DNA from: Pelagomonas calceolata
Lineage: Eukaryota
Reading direction: 5' to 3'
DNA: 64,000 nt
Assembly (NCBI GenBank): GCA_918797485.1
Contig: CAKKNE010000005.1
Coordinates: 2,418,001-2,482,000, forward strand
A model generated the notes under the pieces. That model was not told where the DNA came from. It did no database searches and was given only the letters and a program-made list of their open reading frames with translations. A program made the translations under genes and the position numbers. How positions within the stretch are numbered: the first letter of the stretch is position 1; every line of letters starts with the position of its first letter. Shown in pieces: positions 41,573 through 53,579 of this stretch.

Positions 41573-43423
41573 ATGCCGCCCGTCGAGGACGCCCCCATCG
41601 AGCTCGAGCATGCTATTGGTATATCGACCATACGAGGTGGTTTACATTACCACCCCAATGGCCGCGAGTACATGTATGCCGCGGGCGCAAGCATAATAGT
41701 CTGCAATTTCGACGACCCCCACGACCAGTCCTTTCTGCGAGGGCATGATGACAGTGTGGTTTGTGTCGCATTGTCCCCGCGCGGTACTTATGTGGCCTCG
41801 GGCCAATCCGGAGAGAACGCCGACGCGATCGTATGGGATTACAATACAAAATCCCTCAAGTTCCGGTTGGCGGAGCACGACCACGCTGTCGAAGCGGTGG
41901 CCTTCTCCCATGACGAATTATTACTATGTACGTTGGGCGGGAGAGACGACGGCAAACTTATTGTCTGGGACATGAGCAACGGATATATTGTTACAGTGGT
42001 AGCGAACCCGAATTGCGCCTCGATTGTATGTTGGGGTGGATTTGTAAGGGATGTGAAGCGGAGGGACACGGACAAGTACTTGTTCGCCACGGCGGGAGGC
42101 ACCAAGGCCACGATGTGGTCCCTCGATCCCTACGAGGGTAGTCTAGAGAGTGAAAGAATCACGACAGAAGGCGCGACCGTACGCTCTATCACGACCATGG
42201 TCTTCTCGGAGGATTATACGACCATCTACTGTGGGACGACGTCCGGCGACTTTACGACGATCAACGTACGGCAGAACAAGATGGCCTTCAAGCCGATCTA
42301 CGCGAACGGCGGCGGCGTCGAAGCTTTGTTGACGACGCAGAAAGGCGGCGTGGTCACGGGCGGCGGCGACGGGACTGTCACCGCCTTCGATGCTCGATTG
42401 GAAGAGTTAGCTAAACTAAAACTGCCCGCGGGTGTGGTTGCTTTATCTTTTGCGCCGGATGGCTCGGAGATCGTCGCCGCTATTAGGAATGGTGCCATCT
42501 ATCGATTACGAGGTGATCTCTCACGAGCGTTGTTGGTCTGCGAGAACCACGCGCACCCCGTAAGAGCCTGCTCCTACGCTCGTGAGTCTTCCGATAGGTT
42601 CGCGACGGCCTCCACGGATAAAACATTAAGGGTTTGGGACGCCAACGACTACAAGGCCTCGGCTACTGTTTTAGTACGAGATGCTGGTGAGCCGACGTGC
42701 ATCGTCTACACTCTAGATTTCCTGATCTCAGGATGGACCGACGGTCGAATAAGAGCACATGACGCCGAGAAGGGCGGGCCGTTGTGGTTGATCGACCACG
42801 CGCATCGGGGCGGCGTCACGGCCCTACAACTAGCGTCCAACCAGCGCTTCGTCATGACCGGCGGCGGCGAGGGCGACGTGAGAGTGTGGGAACTTAGGAG
42901 CAGAGAACTGGTCTCTCACTTGAAGGAGCACCGCGCCAAGGTTACCGGTTTGACACTATATGCGGACGACATGCACGCTCTCAGTTGCTCGAGAGATCGG
43001 AGCTTTCTATGCTGGGAGCTGCGGGAAGAGAAACGCGTCACAAGTCATACCCAACGGATGGGCGGCATCAACGCCGTCGCGCTGAGCCGAGATCAAACGA
43101 GAGTGTTCTCGGTGGGCCAGGAGAAGCGCCTGACGAAGTGGGACTTGAGGGACCCGAACTACCTGGAGTGCGTCCCGCTCTCTTCAGATAATACGGACGA
43201 GGCGACGTGCGTGGCCGTGTCTCATAATGGTCAAGTGGTGGCCACGGGCGGCTCGAAGAAGATGCTGAAGCTCTTTGATAGTGGTGAGGGGTTAACGCGG
43301 GTCGCGGAGGTCGTCGGCCACTCGGGCGCGATCAACGACCTCGTGTTTAGCCCGGACGACAAGCAGCTCGTGACGGTGGGCGAGGACGGCGCGATTTTAG
43401 TTTGGAACCTGTACCTGGAGTAA
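41573..43423 (+). CDS. CFAP52: WD40 protein, CFAP52/WDR16-like flagellar protein
   Basis: IELEHAIG...HPNG...QSFLRGHDD N-terminus, multiple WD repeats, end GHSGAINDLVFSPDDKQLVTVGEDGAILVW; about 616 aa. Confidence 0.8.
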   Translation: MPPVEDAPIELEHAIGISTIRGGLHYHPNGREYMYAAGASIIVCNFDDPHDQSFLRGHDDSVVCVALSPRGTYVASGQSGENADAIVWDYNTKSLKFRLAEHDHAVEAVAFSHDELLLCTLGGRDDGKLIVWDMSNGYIVTVVANPNCASIVCWGGFVRDVKRRDTDKYLFATAGGTKATMWSLDPYEGSLESERITTEGATVRSITTMVFSEDYTTIYCGTTSGDFTTINVRQNKMAFKPIYANGGGVEALLTTQKGGVVTGGGDGTVTAFDARLEELAKLKLPAGVVALSFAPDGSEIVAAIRNGAIYRLRGDLSRALLVCENHAHPVRACSYARESSDRFATASTDKTLRVWDANDYKASATVLVRDAGEPTCIVYTLDFLISGWTDGRIRAHDAEKGGPLWLIDHAHRGGVTALQLASNQRFVMTGGGEGDVRVWELRSRELVSHLKEHRAKVTGLTLYADDMHALSCSRDRSFLCWELREEKRVTSHTQRMGGINAVALSRDQTRVFSVGQEKRLTKWDLRDPNYLECVPLSSDNTDEATCVAVSHNGQVVATGGSKKMLKLFDSGEGLTRVAEVVGHSGAINDLVFSPDDKQLVTVGEDGAILVWNLYLE

Positions 43424-43440
43424 GAGTGACCTCTAGCTGG

Positions 43441-43487
43441 TACGGTGTTAGGACTCGTGGGCGGAGCCCTGCCGCGCGTCGCGATTC
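43441..43487 (+). repeat. Dispersed 3'-flank element, diverged copy
   Basis: TACGGTGTTAGGACTCGTGGGCGGAGCCCT...CCGCGCGTCGCGATTC, just downstream of the CFAP52-like stop. Confidence 0.65.
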
Positions 43488-43773
43488 CGCGCATCTCCCT
43501 GGCGCGGTCCGCGCCGTCGCGCTTTCTTGCAATGAGTCGTTTGACCTCTAGTGGGATTGCTGGGCGACGCCTTCGCTGATACGACCAGGCTGGCGAGCTC
43601 GATCGTGCGGGGCTGCGGCGGATGAAAAAATTGGCCGATGTGTCATTTTGGCTGCCTTGCTTTGAGCAAGGCTGCCTAGCCATCCGGCCGACGCCTCCCT
43701 GCGTGCCCGAACGTCGGTCCCGCCCCGGTTGCGTTGCTTTGCGCATAGATGATGGCACGATGACCCCATTCTG

Positions 43774-45741
43774 ATGGGGATGCGGGCATTAGTTGTGCTG
43801 CTCGCAGCCGTCGCGCAAGCAAATGAGAAGACGCATCTCCGGATCCGCAAGGGCAGCCCCGGCAGCGGCGCACAAGTCGACGCCGTCGACGGATCACCAT
43901 GGCAGCCCAGCGCGCAGCAGGCGCGCCGCGGCGTGGCGCGCGACGACGGGGACTGGTTCGCGGCCATGGCCGGCGAACTCCGTAAATCGTTGAACGACAC
44001 GCGCTTCGGCAAGCGGGCGATGCCCCACGACGCGATGAAGGCCCGCAATCTGTTGCGACACATCTTGACGAAGGAGAAATTGCGGGACAGTTTGATCTTG
44101 GTCCTGGGCGGTAGGTTATATTCAACACAACAATACTTACATGCGGACAAGGCCAAGAAGCATCTGTTGTTACTCGCGGCCATCCAGAGACGATTTGGTA
44201 GATTACCGAATGTCTTCATGATCCACGAGACGTCGAGCGCTGGTGTTTGTTACTATGATAAACGCCTGCAAATGATACCAACCACAGTCATCGCAAAAAG
44301 GGGCGGCTACGACGACTGCGGCCTCCTGGTCCCGAACCCGTACTTCGGGCGGGGCGACGTCGGCACGAGCTGGGCGGCGACGATCGCTGAACTCCAGGAC
44401 GCCGCGAACGCCGTGAAGGAGCGCATCCCGCGCGTTTTTTGGCGCGGCGCCGTCGACAACCACGAGCCCAGTCCGAGCGGGCGGTATCCGTGTGAACGGG
44501 AATGGGGCAACTACGCGCGGTTGGAGTCCCTAGCGTTGACGCGCGAGCACCCGGATTTATTTGATTCGAAGTGCAACACGCTTTGTGCCCCTAGAGACGA
44601 GGCGGCGCATCCGTGCGACGACTTACCTTATGACGCTTCCATGACAGCCATGATCAAAAATAACATGTCGAGGGTGCGGGATGACGTCATGTACGGCGAG
44701 CGCGACTACGCGAATTATAAATACGTGCTGAATCTGCCGGGCAAGACCGACGGGAGCTACTCTAGGAATCTAAACCACCTGTGGGCCGTCGGGAGTGCGG
44801 TGCTATTGTGGGACGGGCCGGTCGTGGAGTGGCTGTATCCGGCCCTCAAGCACGGCGAGACGCACGCGTCCGTGTCTCGTTCTTCCGCTAAGAGTGTTGT
44901 GGACGACTTACAGGCTAACCCGATGAAGTACAAAAGACTTGTGGAAGGCGCCCAACGCGTCCAGCGGGAGCTGGTGTCGCCGGAAGGTCTAGATAGGTAT
45001 ATGAGGATTGTGGTACAAGAACTGAGGAAGGCCCAATCACAACATCTCATACTGGACGCGCCCGAGGACGTCGCTTCGGTATTTGAAGGCTTGGACTGTG
45101 CGAAACTAGGACTCATGGAGACCTTCGTGATCCACGAGCATTCCCAGCAGCGGCGCTACGTCGAGGTGGGCCACCGCAAGGTGACGGACTGCCAAAAATT
45201 CGTCAACGTCACGCGATGGGCTCAGAGCGTGAACGACAAGGACTGGCTCGACGAGATCAAGCGGGACCTGAAGAACGATAGGGATTTGAGGTACAACCTC
45301 ACGCATTCCTCTGCGGGAGACGCGAAGGAGCGCCTGCTCGACCTCGAAGCCGAGCACGCGGCGCATCGAATGAAAATTCGAGAGGTCTGCACGGCCTGTG
45401 CTAAGAAGCACTGTTCTGTGAAAACGCTGGACTTCTGCAAGCGGGCGTCGCGCGGCTACGAGCGCCTTACGAGAATTCCGCAGCACCACAACCACGACGG
45501 TCGCCGCTTGTTGGACGGCGGGCGGGGCACCTACGCCGTCGCGCGCGCGGCCGTCTTCCGCAACAAGTGGGTGCGTGTCTTGATGATGTGCCTGGATATT
45601 TTGGGCCTCGTCGTCGCTGCGGTGGGGGTTGGGGGCTTGCTCTACGTCTTCCGAGAGTTCCACCGAACCTTCGACGACACGGCGTCCGGGCGGCGGAAGC
45701 GGGCGAATTCGATCGATAGTAGTACTAACTTGTTAATTTAA
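43774..45741 (+). CDS. GT90/CAP10-family glycosyltransferase with C-terminal TM helix
   Basis: Signal peptide; RVFWRG; YKYVLNLPG...YSRNL...GSAVL...EWLYPALK; C-terminal TM segment. Confidence 0.85.
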   Translation: MGMRALVVLLAAVAQANEKTHLRIRKGSPGSGAQVDAVDGSPWQPSAQQARRGVARDDGDWFAAMAGELRKSLNDTRFGKRAMPHDAMKARNLLRHILTKEKLRDSLILVLGGRLYSTQQYLHADKAKKHLLLLAAIQRRFGRLPNVFMIHETSSAGVCYYDKRLQMIPTTVIAKRGGYDDCGLLVPNPYFGRGDVGTSWAATIAELQDAANAVKERIPRVFWRGAVDNHEPSPSGRYPCEREWGNYARLESLALTREHPDLFDSKCNTLCAPRDEAAHPCDDLPYDASMTAMIKNNMSRVRDDVMYGERDYANYKYVLNLPGKTDGSYSRNLNHLWAVGSAVLLWDGPVVEWLYPALKHGETHASVSRSSAKSVVDDLQANPMKYKRLVEGAQRVQRELVSPEGLDRYMRIVVQELRKAQSQHLILDAPEDVASVFEGLDCAKLGLMETFVIHEHSQQRRYVEVGHRKVTDCQKFVNVTRWAQSVNDKDWLDEIKRDLKNDRDLRYNLTHSSAGDAKERLLDLEAEHAAHRMKIREVCTACAKKHCSVKTLDFCKRASRGYERLTRIPQHHNHDGRRLLDGGRGTYAVARAAVFRNKWVRVLMMCLDILGLVVAAVGVGGLLYVFREFHRTFDDTASGRRKRANSIDSSTNLLI

Positions 45742-47551
45742 AGCTCGCACTTGCAACGGAATCCCTTCGCGAAGGCAAAGAACCCAGGCTTCGCGAGATC
45801 TTCAGCAGTGGGCGGCGCGCATTTGCAGAGTGCGGGCCGCGGCCCGACCAACTTCGAAATCTCGTGGAGATACGTACCTAGGACTTTCACCGCGTTCGTG
45901 ACGTTTACTTTGTCCCACTTCTCATTCTGCGCGTGGGCGCCGTCGTTCGACGCACTCGTCGGCAGGAGCAACACATTCATGCCAGTGGCGTCGGCGAGCC
46001 AGTTTGCTACAGGTATACTCCCACCCTCGCGCGTCAGGTCGGGCGGCTTGCCGAAGACCTTCGTCACTGCGCGCGACGCGGCAACCTGTGTGTAAATCGA
46101 GCGTAACGCCATCGCCGCGACGCCTCGATGACACCGCGCGCGACGTAATTGGGATGATCGGTGCGGGACACCCACGCCGGCCCGCCGTGGACCATCTTGA
46201 CCTCGAGGGCATACTTGGACCCCAGCGCCGCCCACTGCGATTCAAGATAGCTCGTCACAAGCGCTTCGGTCCGTGCCGACGTCATGTTCGGCACTTGGCG
46301 GATGGAAAACTTGCCCGAGACGCGTCGCGGCAGCACCGTCTTCGCGCCCGGGTCGCTGAACGCGCCCTCGATGCCATGAATCGACAGCGTGGGAAAGCGC
46401 CAGCGCGCCATCAGCGTCTTCTCGTTCGTCGCATTTTCCAGTTGCGCGCCGGTCACGTCTTCGCGGTTGTACTGCTCCACGTCGAAGTCGAGCGTCGCGT
46501 ACTTTGCTCGCTCCTCGTCCGTGACCGGGGGCACGTCGTCCAATAAACCAGGCACGCGGATTCGCTCGTGGTGCATGCCGCCGAGCGCCGGCGCGTGTCT
46601 TAATGAAGCCAACAAGTGGATCAGGTCGTTCAGCGGCTCATGGACGGAACCGCCATAAACACCAGAGTGCAGGTCCTGCGCCGGCCCCGACACGATGACT
46701 TCGAAGTACGCCACGCCGCGAAGACCGTAGGTCAGGCACGGCGTCTTCTTGGCCAGCCACTGGTTGTCCGAAATGACGAAGTGGTCCACGTCGGACAGCC
46801 AGCCCGCGTTCTTGAAGTCCAGCGTGATCTCGCGCTTCGCGTCGTTGAACCTAGGTTGCGGCGGCACGGCCTCCCTTGCGACGAACTCGGGCAGGCCCTC
46901 GCTCCCGAACTCCTCCATGCCCTCGTATAGTAATTTGAGGCGGACCGGGAGCTTCATGTTGAGCTTGCGGTGCGCTTCCACGACCCACAGCCAACTGAGC
47001 GCGGGGCCCTTGTCGTCGCTCGCGCCGCGGCCCACGAGGCGGCCGTCCTTCGTCTCAGTCAATTCAAATGGCTCCGTGTCCCAGCCATCGTCTTTTTTCG
47101 CCGGTTGGACGTCCAAATGGCCGTAGGCACACACAGTCCGCACTTTGTCGTGCGGCAGGTTCGTCTCCGCCGCGAACGTTATCAGTAGTAGAGGCGGCAG
47201 CGTCGCGTCCTCTCCCTTCTTCGGGTTCTCGACGAAGCGCGCCTCCGCGGCGCCAAGGCGCTCGGCCCAGGCCTTGGCCCACTCGAGCATCTCGACGATC
47301 TTGGGTCTGTTCTCGACCCATGCGCTCACGCCTTTGATCGCGACCGCTTCTCGCAGCCGAGATATGTAGATCTCTTCTCTGTCTTCGGCGAAGGTGTAGA
47401 GCTTGCTCAGGTCTTGCGCGCGCAGGTCCGCCAGGTCTCCAATTCGTAATTCATCCACCGATGGCGGCGCGGGCGGCGCGCGCGGCGACGTCGGCATGGT
47501 TGACGCCTTCTTCAAAGGCTGGAAGCCCTCTTTGACGGCTCTGTCTTGCAT
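45738..47551 (-). CDS. M20 dipeptidase, CNDP2/Dug1-like (exons 47551-46145, 46085-45738)
   Basis: YGHLDVQPA, GRGASDDKGP, EGMEEFGS, DLHSGVYGG, RWRFPTLSIHGIEGAF, REGGSIP, DGAHAQNEK; a 59-nt intron joins HPNY|VAASRA. Confidence 0.92.
46086..46144 (-). other. Spliceosomal intron, 59 nt GT-AG, eroded introner remnant
   Basis: Ends GATTTACACACAG (TIR-like) and contains GCGATGGCGT. Confidence 0.8.
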
Positions 47552-47718
47552 GTTTTGATCGCTTCTGCGCTTTTTATATCGCTTCTGGTGTGTGGGATTG
47601 CTTCGCTCTCCGGCAGCGTTTGCAAACGCTGATGACTCTTGAATCTGAAACGTTTCGTTGCACTGAGACCTCTGGTGCAGCTCCCCGGAGCGTGAAATTG
47701 GCCGGCGTCTCGCACGGG

Positions 47719-47742
47719 GCTAGCGTACAGTAAGACACTAGG
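47719..47742. promoter_or_regulatory. Paired-CTAG dyad element
   Basis: GCTAGCGTACAGTAAGACACTAGG upstream of the dipeptidase gene. Confidence 0.6.
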
Positions 47743-48003
47743 AAGCAAATCCTGACGGGGAAAGGGGGGGGGGCGTGCGAGTCCCTGCGACTCGGCAATT
47801 GCGTCCTAGTCCAGCCTGACGGGTGGGCCCGGGGGGAGCGGGAGGGGTACGGGGGACCCCGCGACGTAAATAGCCTGAGGCTGAGCGACTTATTCGCTGC
47901 CGTCCACGCCATCGACGACGAAGCGACGGGAAACCGCGTCTGGAATATATATATATTAGGTGGTCTCGGGAAAGACGGCGATAGGGGGGACGGGGGCGCC
48001 TTT

Positions 48004-49634
<1,631 letters not shown>

Positions 49635-49770
49635 CTCCTTTTAGCGGCTGGCTGAAAAGCACGAGGGCAGCGAGGCCTGCTTGGAGGGCCTGGAGAAATC
49701 GACCTCCGGGAGTTTTCGAGGGCTTGCTCCCGGGCCGAGGACCCCTGTATTGCGTGTTTCGTTTTTGTGC

Positions 49771-49791
49771 GCTAGCGTTTAACATACTAGC
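49771..49791. promoter_or_regulatory. Paired-CTAG dyad element variant
   Basis: GCTAGCGTTTAACATACTAGC between divergent ATP2 and 49993 genes. Confidence 0.45.
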
Positions 49792-49992
49792 GAGCAGGCG
49801 GCCCCGGCAAACCAGGGCTCTATCACGCACACCAAAGCTCAAATCAGCAGCCTCTTGCTCGCTGGGAACACTACTAAGTTTGCCTGAAGGGCTGCCGCAT
49901 CGTTTTCTGCGCTCGCGTCCGCCAAAAAACAGCACAAGGGAGAGCCCAGCCTCCTTGTTTGCTCGCAAGGGAAGCAACACCGCAAAAAAACA

Positions 49993-50826
49993 ATGCCGTC
50001 CTGGCTCCCCGAGAACTGCGTCCTAGCGTGGTACGCGGCCATAATCCACGCCGCCTACTTAACACATGTCGCCTGCACGGAGGTGTACGACGCGCAGACG
50101 CGCTGCCTGCTCCACGCCTTCAACGTCCGCTACGACTTCTCGTCGCTCCATCCGTTATTACTAGAGTGGGTGCACACTTTGGAAACAAGTGTTATCTTGG
50201 CGTTCTGCGCCGTGAGCTGCGGCGCGATGCAGCCGGCGCCGGAGCCGGCGCTGGTGGTCGTGGCGCTCTACAGCCTGTGCGGCGTCTTTCTGATCATCTG
50301 CTCGCCGCGCCAGAGCGCGTTGTTCTGGAGACGCTTGCGAGTCTCCCTCGCGTTCTCCATGTTCTTCGTCTTTGCACCATCTTTACTAGACGAACGCGTT
50401 GCATTGGTAGCGGTACTAGCAGCACATGCGCACGCGATAGCCGTGCCCTCCGCAACAATAACGCGATTATGTGCATTAGGAGAATGGCGCAGCGTCGGCG
50501 TGCTCTTCACGATACATGTCGTCGCTCTTTGGCTAGGCGTGCGGTCCGCCTCAAAGGGCCCCTGCTTGTCTGTTGCGGCCTCGGCATTTCTGGTCTTCGT
50601 CGCGCGCGAGCTGGCTTTAGCGTGCGACCGGAAGTGGCCGCGCGGCGCGTCGCTTTCGTTAAGGGGCTTTGGCAGCCAGCACGCGGCGCACGACCTCTAC
50701 CCGCCGACGCCCTTCGATTCACTCTTGGCGGCGCTCCTGCCTTCCGTCGAGTCTCCGGACGAGTTCGACGACCTGCCTTTGTTATTGGACGCCAAGGACG
50801 TCGAGGCGGAGACGGAGATGGTGTAG
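49993..50826 (+). CDS. Multi-pass membrane protein of unknown function
   Basis: About 6-7 hydrophobic segments and an acidic tail. Confidence 0.65.
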   Translation: MPSWLPENCVLAWYAAIIHAAYLTHVACTEVYDAQTRCLLHAFNVRYDFSSLHPLLLEWVHTLETSVILAFCAVSCGAMQPAPEPALVVVALYSLCGVFLIICSPRQSALFWRRLRVSLAFSMFFVFAPSLLDERVALVAVLAAHAHAIAVPSATITRLCALGEWRSVGVLFTIHVVALWLGVRSASKGPCLSVAASAFLVFVARELALACDRKWPRGASLSLRGFGSQHAAHDLYPPTPFDSLLAALLPSVESPDEFDDLPLLLDAKDVEAETEMV

Positions 50827-50902
50827 TTTTTTTGTGGCCTCTCCAATCAGGCTTCCTGTGTAATTGCTCTTCTTTAGTAGTCCTATAGTGCGGGGAGGAT
50901 AT

Positions 50903-50967
50903 TGTTGCGGCTAGGACTAGTGGGCGGAGCCCCTGGGGAGAGACACCGCGCGTCGCCGATTCATCGG
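50903..50967 (+). repeat. Dispersed 3'-flank element
   Basis: TGTTGCGGCTAGGACTAGTGGGCGGAGCCCCTGGGGAGAGACACCGCGCGTCGCCGATTCATCGG; reverse complement of 24672-24741. Confidence 0.75.
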
Positions 50968-50986
50968 TCGTCCTAGTGCCACGCGT

Positions 50987-51576
50987 TCAACCGCCGTGGC
51001 CGGGCGCCATGTATGGGTAGAGCGGCCCGCGCGGCGGCGGCGGCGCCGGGAGCGGCACGACGAACTGGCCGCCGGGACCTGCGTCCGGAATGTCGCGGCG
51101 ATGGCGTATGGGGTTGTGTCAGGACGCTGCGTCGGCACCGACGCCCGACACGCCGCGTGAATAATATCCGCGACGTAGGCGTCGGGCGCGGCGAGCGCGT
51201 AGGCCATCATGCGGCCGTAGTCCGAGCCCGTCTTTTCGCGCACGTCCTTCGCGAGGTCGGCGTCGAATTTCTCGCGGTAGGCCTTCTTCGTGCGCTCGAG
51301 GGACGCCTTCGTGCGCGTACAGAGCACCGCTATGAGCTTGCGGTTGTCGCAACCGAGACCCGTGACGCCGCCTTTCATGGCGTCCCGGGCCATGGCGGCA
51401 TCCACGGCGGCGACGCGGTCCTTGAGCGTCGCGTTGAGCTTCTGCAGTTTGCGACAGCACTCCTTTTTGGTTTCGGGGTCGTTTAACGAGCCCTTGGCGG
51501 CTACTATCCGCGCGACGGTCGTGTTCGCCAGGCGCGATTTTTCATCCTGAAAGACTTGCGTTTCGCCGAGACCCAT
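50987..51576 (-). CDS. Internally deleted annexin paralog (exons 51576-51150, 51078-50987); may be a pseudogene
   Basis: The first ~140 aa closely match the 21042 annexin N-terminus. After a 71-nt intron, PGGQFVVPLPAPP matches that gene's C-terminal PGGQFAVPLPQPP. Confidence 0.7.
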
Positions 51577-51761
51577 CGCGTCGTCTCGCGCAGATTGCTG
51601 TGTATGTGTACAGTGAGTTTCACTCTTTTTCTACGCGCCCCTCCGATCTATCTGAGCGCTATCCGGCCGGCCGCTTTATCTATGGTAGATGTCCTCTCTC
51701 TACAGCTTGGTGGGCTCAAGGCCCTCGGCGGCGCTCACGTTTTGGTGGGGCAGATACTGAG

Positions 51762-51784
51762 GCTAGCGTCTGTAAGACACTAGC
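51762..51784. promoter_or_regulatory. Paired-CTAG dyad element
   Basis: GCTAGCGTCTGTAAGACACTAGC between divergent genes. Confidence 0.6.
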
Positions 51785-51969
51785 AAGAGCCGCGAGCCGC
51801 CCCTATACAAAAGCATACAGCTCAAAATATTACCCAAAAAAATTGTACTACGCAGTGATTTATTTGCCGCGTCCAGCTGTGGGCCCGCGGCAGCATTTAT
51901 AGAAGCCCAACTGAGAGCAATTGAGCCCAGAGCTACCAGAGCAGAGAACAGCGCGCCGCCAGCTAAGAC

Positions 51970-53133
51970 ATGGCCGAAATCCTCGACTCCGCAACCTCCG
52001 GAGCGCCCACACCGGCGCCGGACGCCGGCGCCGAGCCGCCCCTCGAATTCAACACGACGTTCCAAGGCCAGAAGCTCGTGCTGCGCGTCAAAAGAGATGG
52101 AGTAGTGGCAGACCTGAAAGCAGCGATCACCGACGAAACCCAGGTGCCCGCGAAGCGCCAGAAATTGATAGGCCTCGTCAAAGGCGCGCTGCCGCCGGAC
52201 GAGTCGAAGCTCGCCGAGTTGGTCGGTCCTAGGGGAGAGAAGCCGCCGACGAAGTTCCTACTGATGGGCACGCCCGACGACAAGTTATTTATCGACCCGA
52301 AGGACCGCGACGACCTGCCTGAAATTATCGACGATCTGGACCCGGTCGGCAACTGTGTGGAAACCACATTTCGGGCGCCCCACGCCATCGACGTGATGTT
52401 GTCTCCGTAGCTGCATCTAACTCACTGGTTGATCTCCACACAGGACTTTGACTACCAGGCGCTGTCCGACGAGTGGCACCGGAGCCGGAGGCACGCGGCG
52501 ACCCTCGAAAAGTTCGTGGCCAAGACGGAAATCAACTGGCTCACGCCAAGAAGAAAGGGCAAGAAGCTCCTCGTGCTCGACCTCGACCACACGTTGCTCG
52601 ACTTCAACCGCCACGACCCCCCCACCCAGGTCTCCGCGAACTCGAAGCGGCCGGGCATGGACGCGTTTTTGGAGGCCGTCTACGAGGACTACGACCTCGT
52701 TGTGTGGTCGCAGACGCACTGGAGGTGGTTGGAACTCAAGCTCACCGCGCTGGGCATGCTCTCGTCCTCAAAATTCAAAATCTGCTTCGTGCTCGACAAG
52801 ACGTCGATGTTCCGCATCGTGTCGCGGCGCAAGGACGGCAGCGAGTTCAAGCACGCGGTCAAGCCCCTGCGCTTAATTTGGGACAAGGTCGACGGCTGGA
52901 ACGCGGCGAACACCTTGCATTTGGACGATTTGTCCCGCAATTTCGCTCTCAATCCTCGGTCGGGCGTCAAGTGCAAGGCCTACCACCGCGACAAGCCGAA
53001 CGCGGCCCGGGACGCGGAGCTGCCCGCGCTCGCGGCGTATCTCGCGCACGTGGCCCGCGCGTCGAAGGGCCTGTCGGCGTTCGACCACGGGAAGTGGCGG
53101 GACGTCTGGAAGAAGATCCGGGAGGCGGGTTAA
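51970..53133 (+). CDS. UBLCP1: Ubiquitin-like domain CTD phosphatase (exons 51970-52344, 52444-53133)
   Basis: UBL domain (LKAAITDETQVPAKRQKLIGL...LLMGT) plus HAD phosphatase KKLLVLDLDHTL, KRPG, NTLHLDDLSRNFALNP. Confidence 0.92.
52345..52443 (+). mobile_element. Introner-derived intron (99 nt, GT-AG); internally deleted copy of 38025..38200
   Basis: After 8 nt: CTGTGTGGAAACCA...CCACGCCATCGAC...CTGCATCT then AACTCACTGGTTGATCTCCACACAG; contains an in-frame stop. Confidence 0.85.
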
Positions 53134-53579
53134 TGTTGTTGTAGCTCGTGTAGAAGATGGTGCCTGGGGAGGCGCCGTCGCCGTCGCCGGTGTTGTACTG
53201 ATCACGGTGACTGCGGATTCAGCGCGGCGCGCCGTACCGTACGCCGTGGAAGGGTGGCCCCTCACACGGACGGATCACATCGGAGTCAAGGGACCGACTG
53301 GTAAATATTCCTAGTGTGTCTCACTTAGGTCTGTCACCATCATCCCACGCCTTGGACCTCGCTGCCAGCTCTCTCGCGCGTCTCAGTGCCAAAGTGCTTA
53401 CTCTGCTAACAAAAATCGCTGACGCCGTCCTCAAATCGCTGCGCAAGCGCAAGCGAGCATGCTGGGCCGGTGGCAACTCATCCACATCACTCAGCAGAGA
53501 TACACGCGCAGCAGAGATACACGCGCGCATTGCACCCCAGCCATCATCACGCCGTCGTCGCGTCGCAGGTGCATCAATC

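Noticed and set aside
53492..53525. 17-bp tandem duplication upstream of TPI
   Set aside because: Two copies only and no evidence of function.
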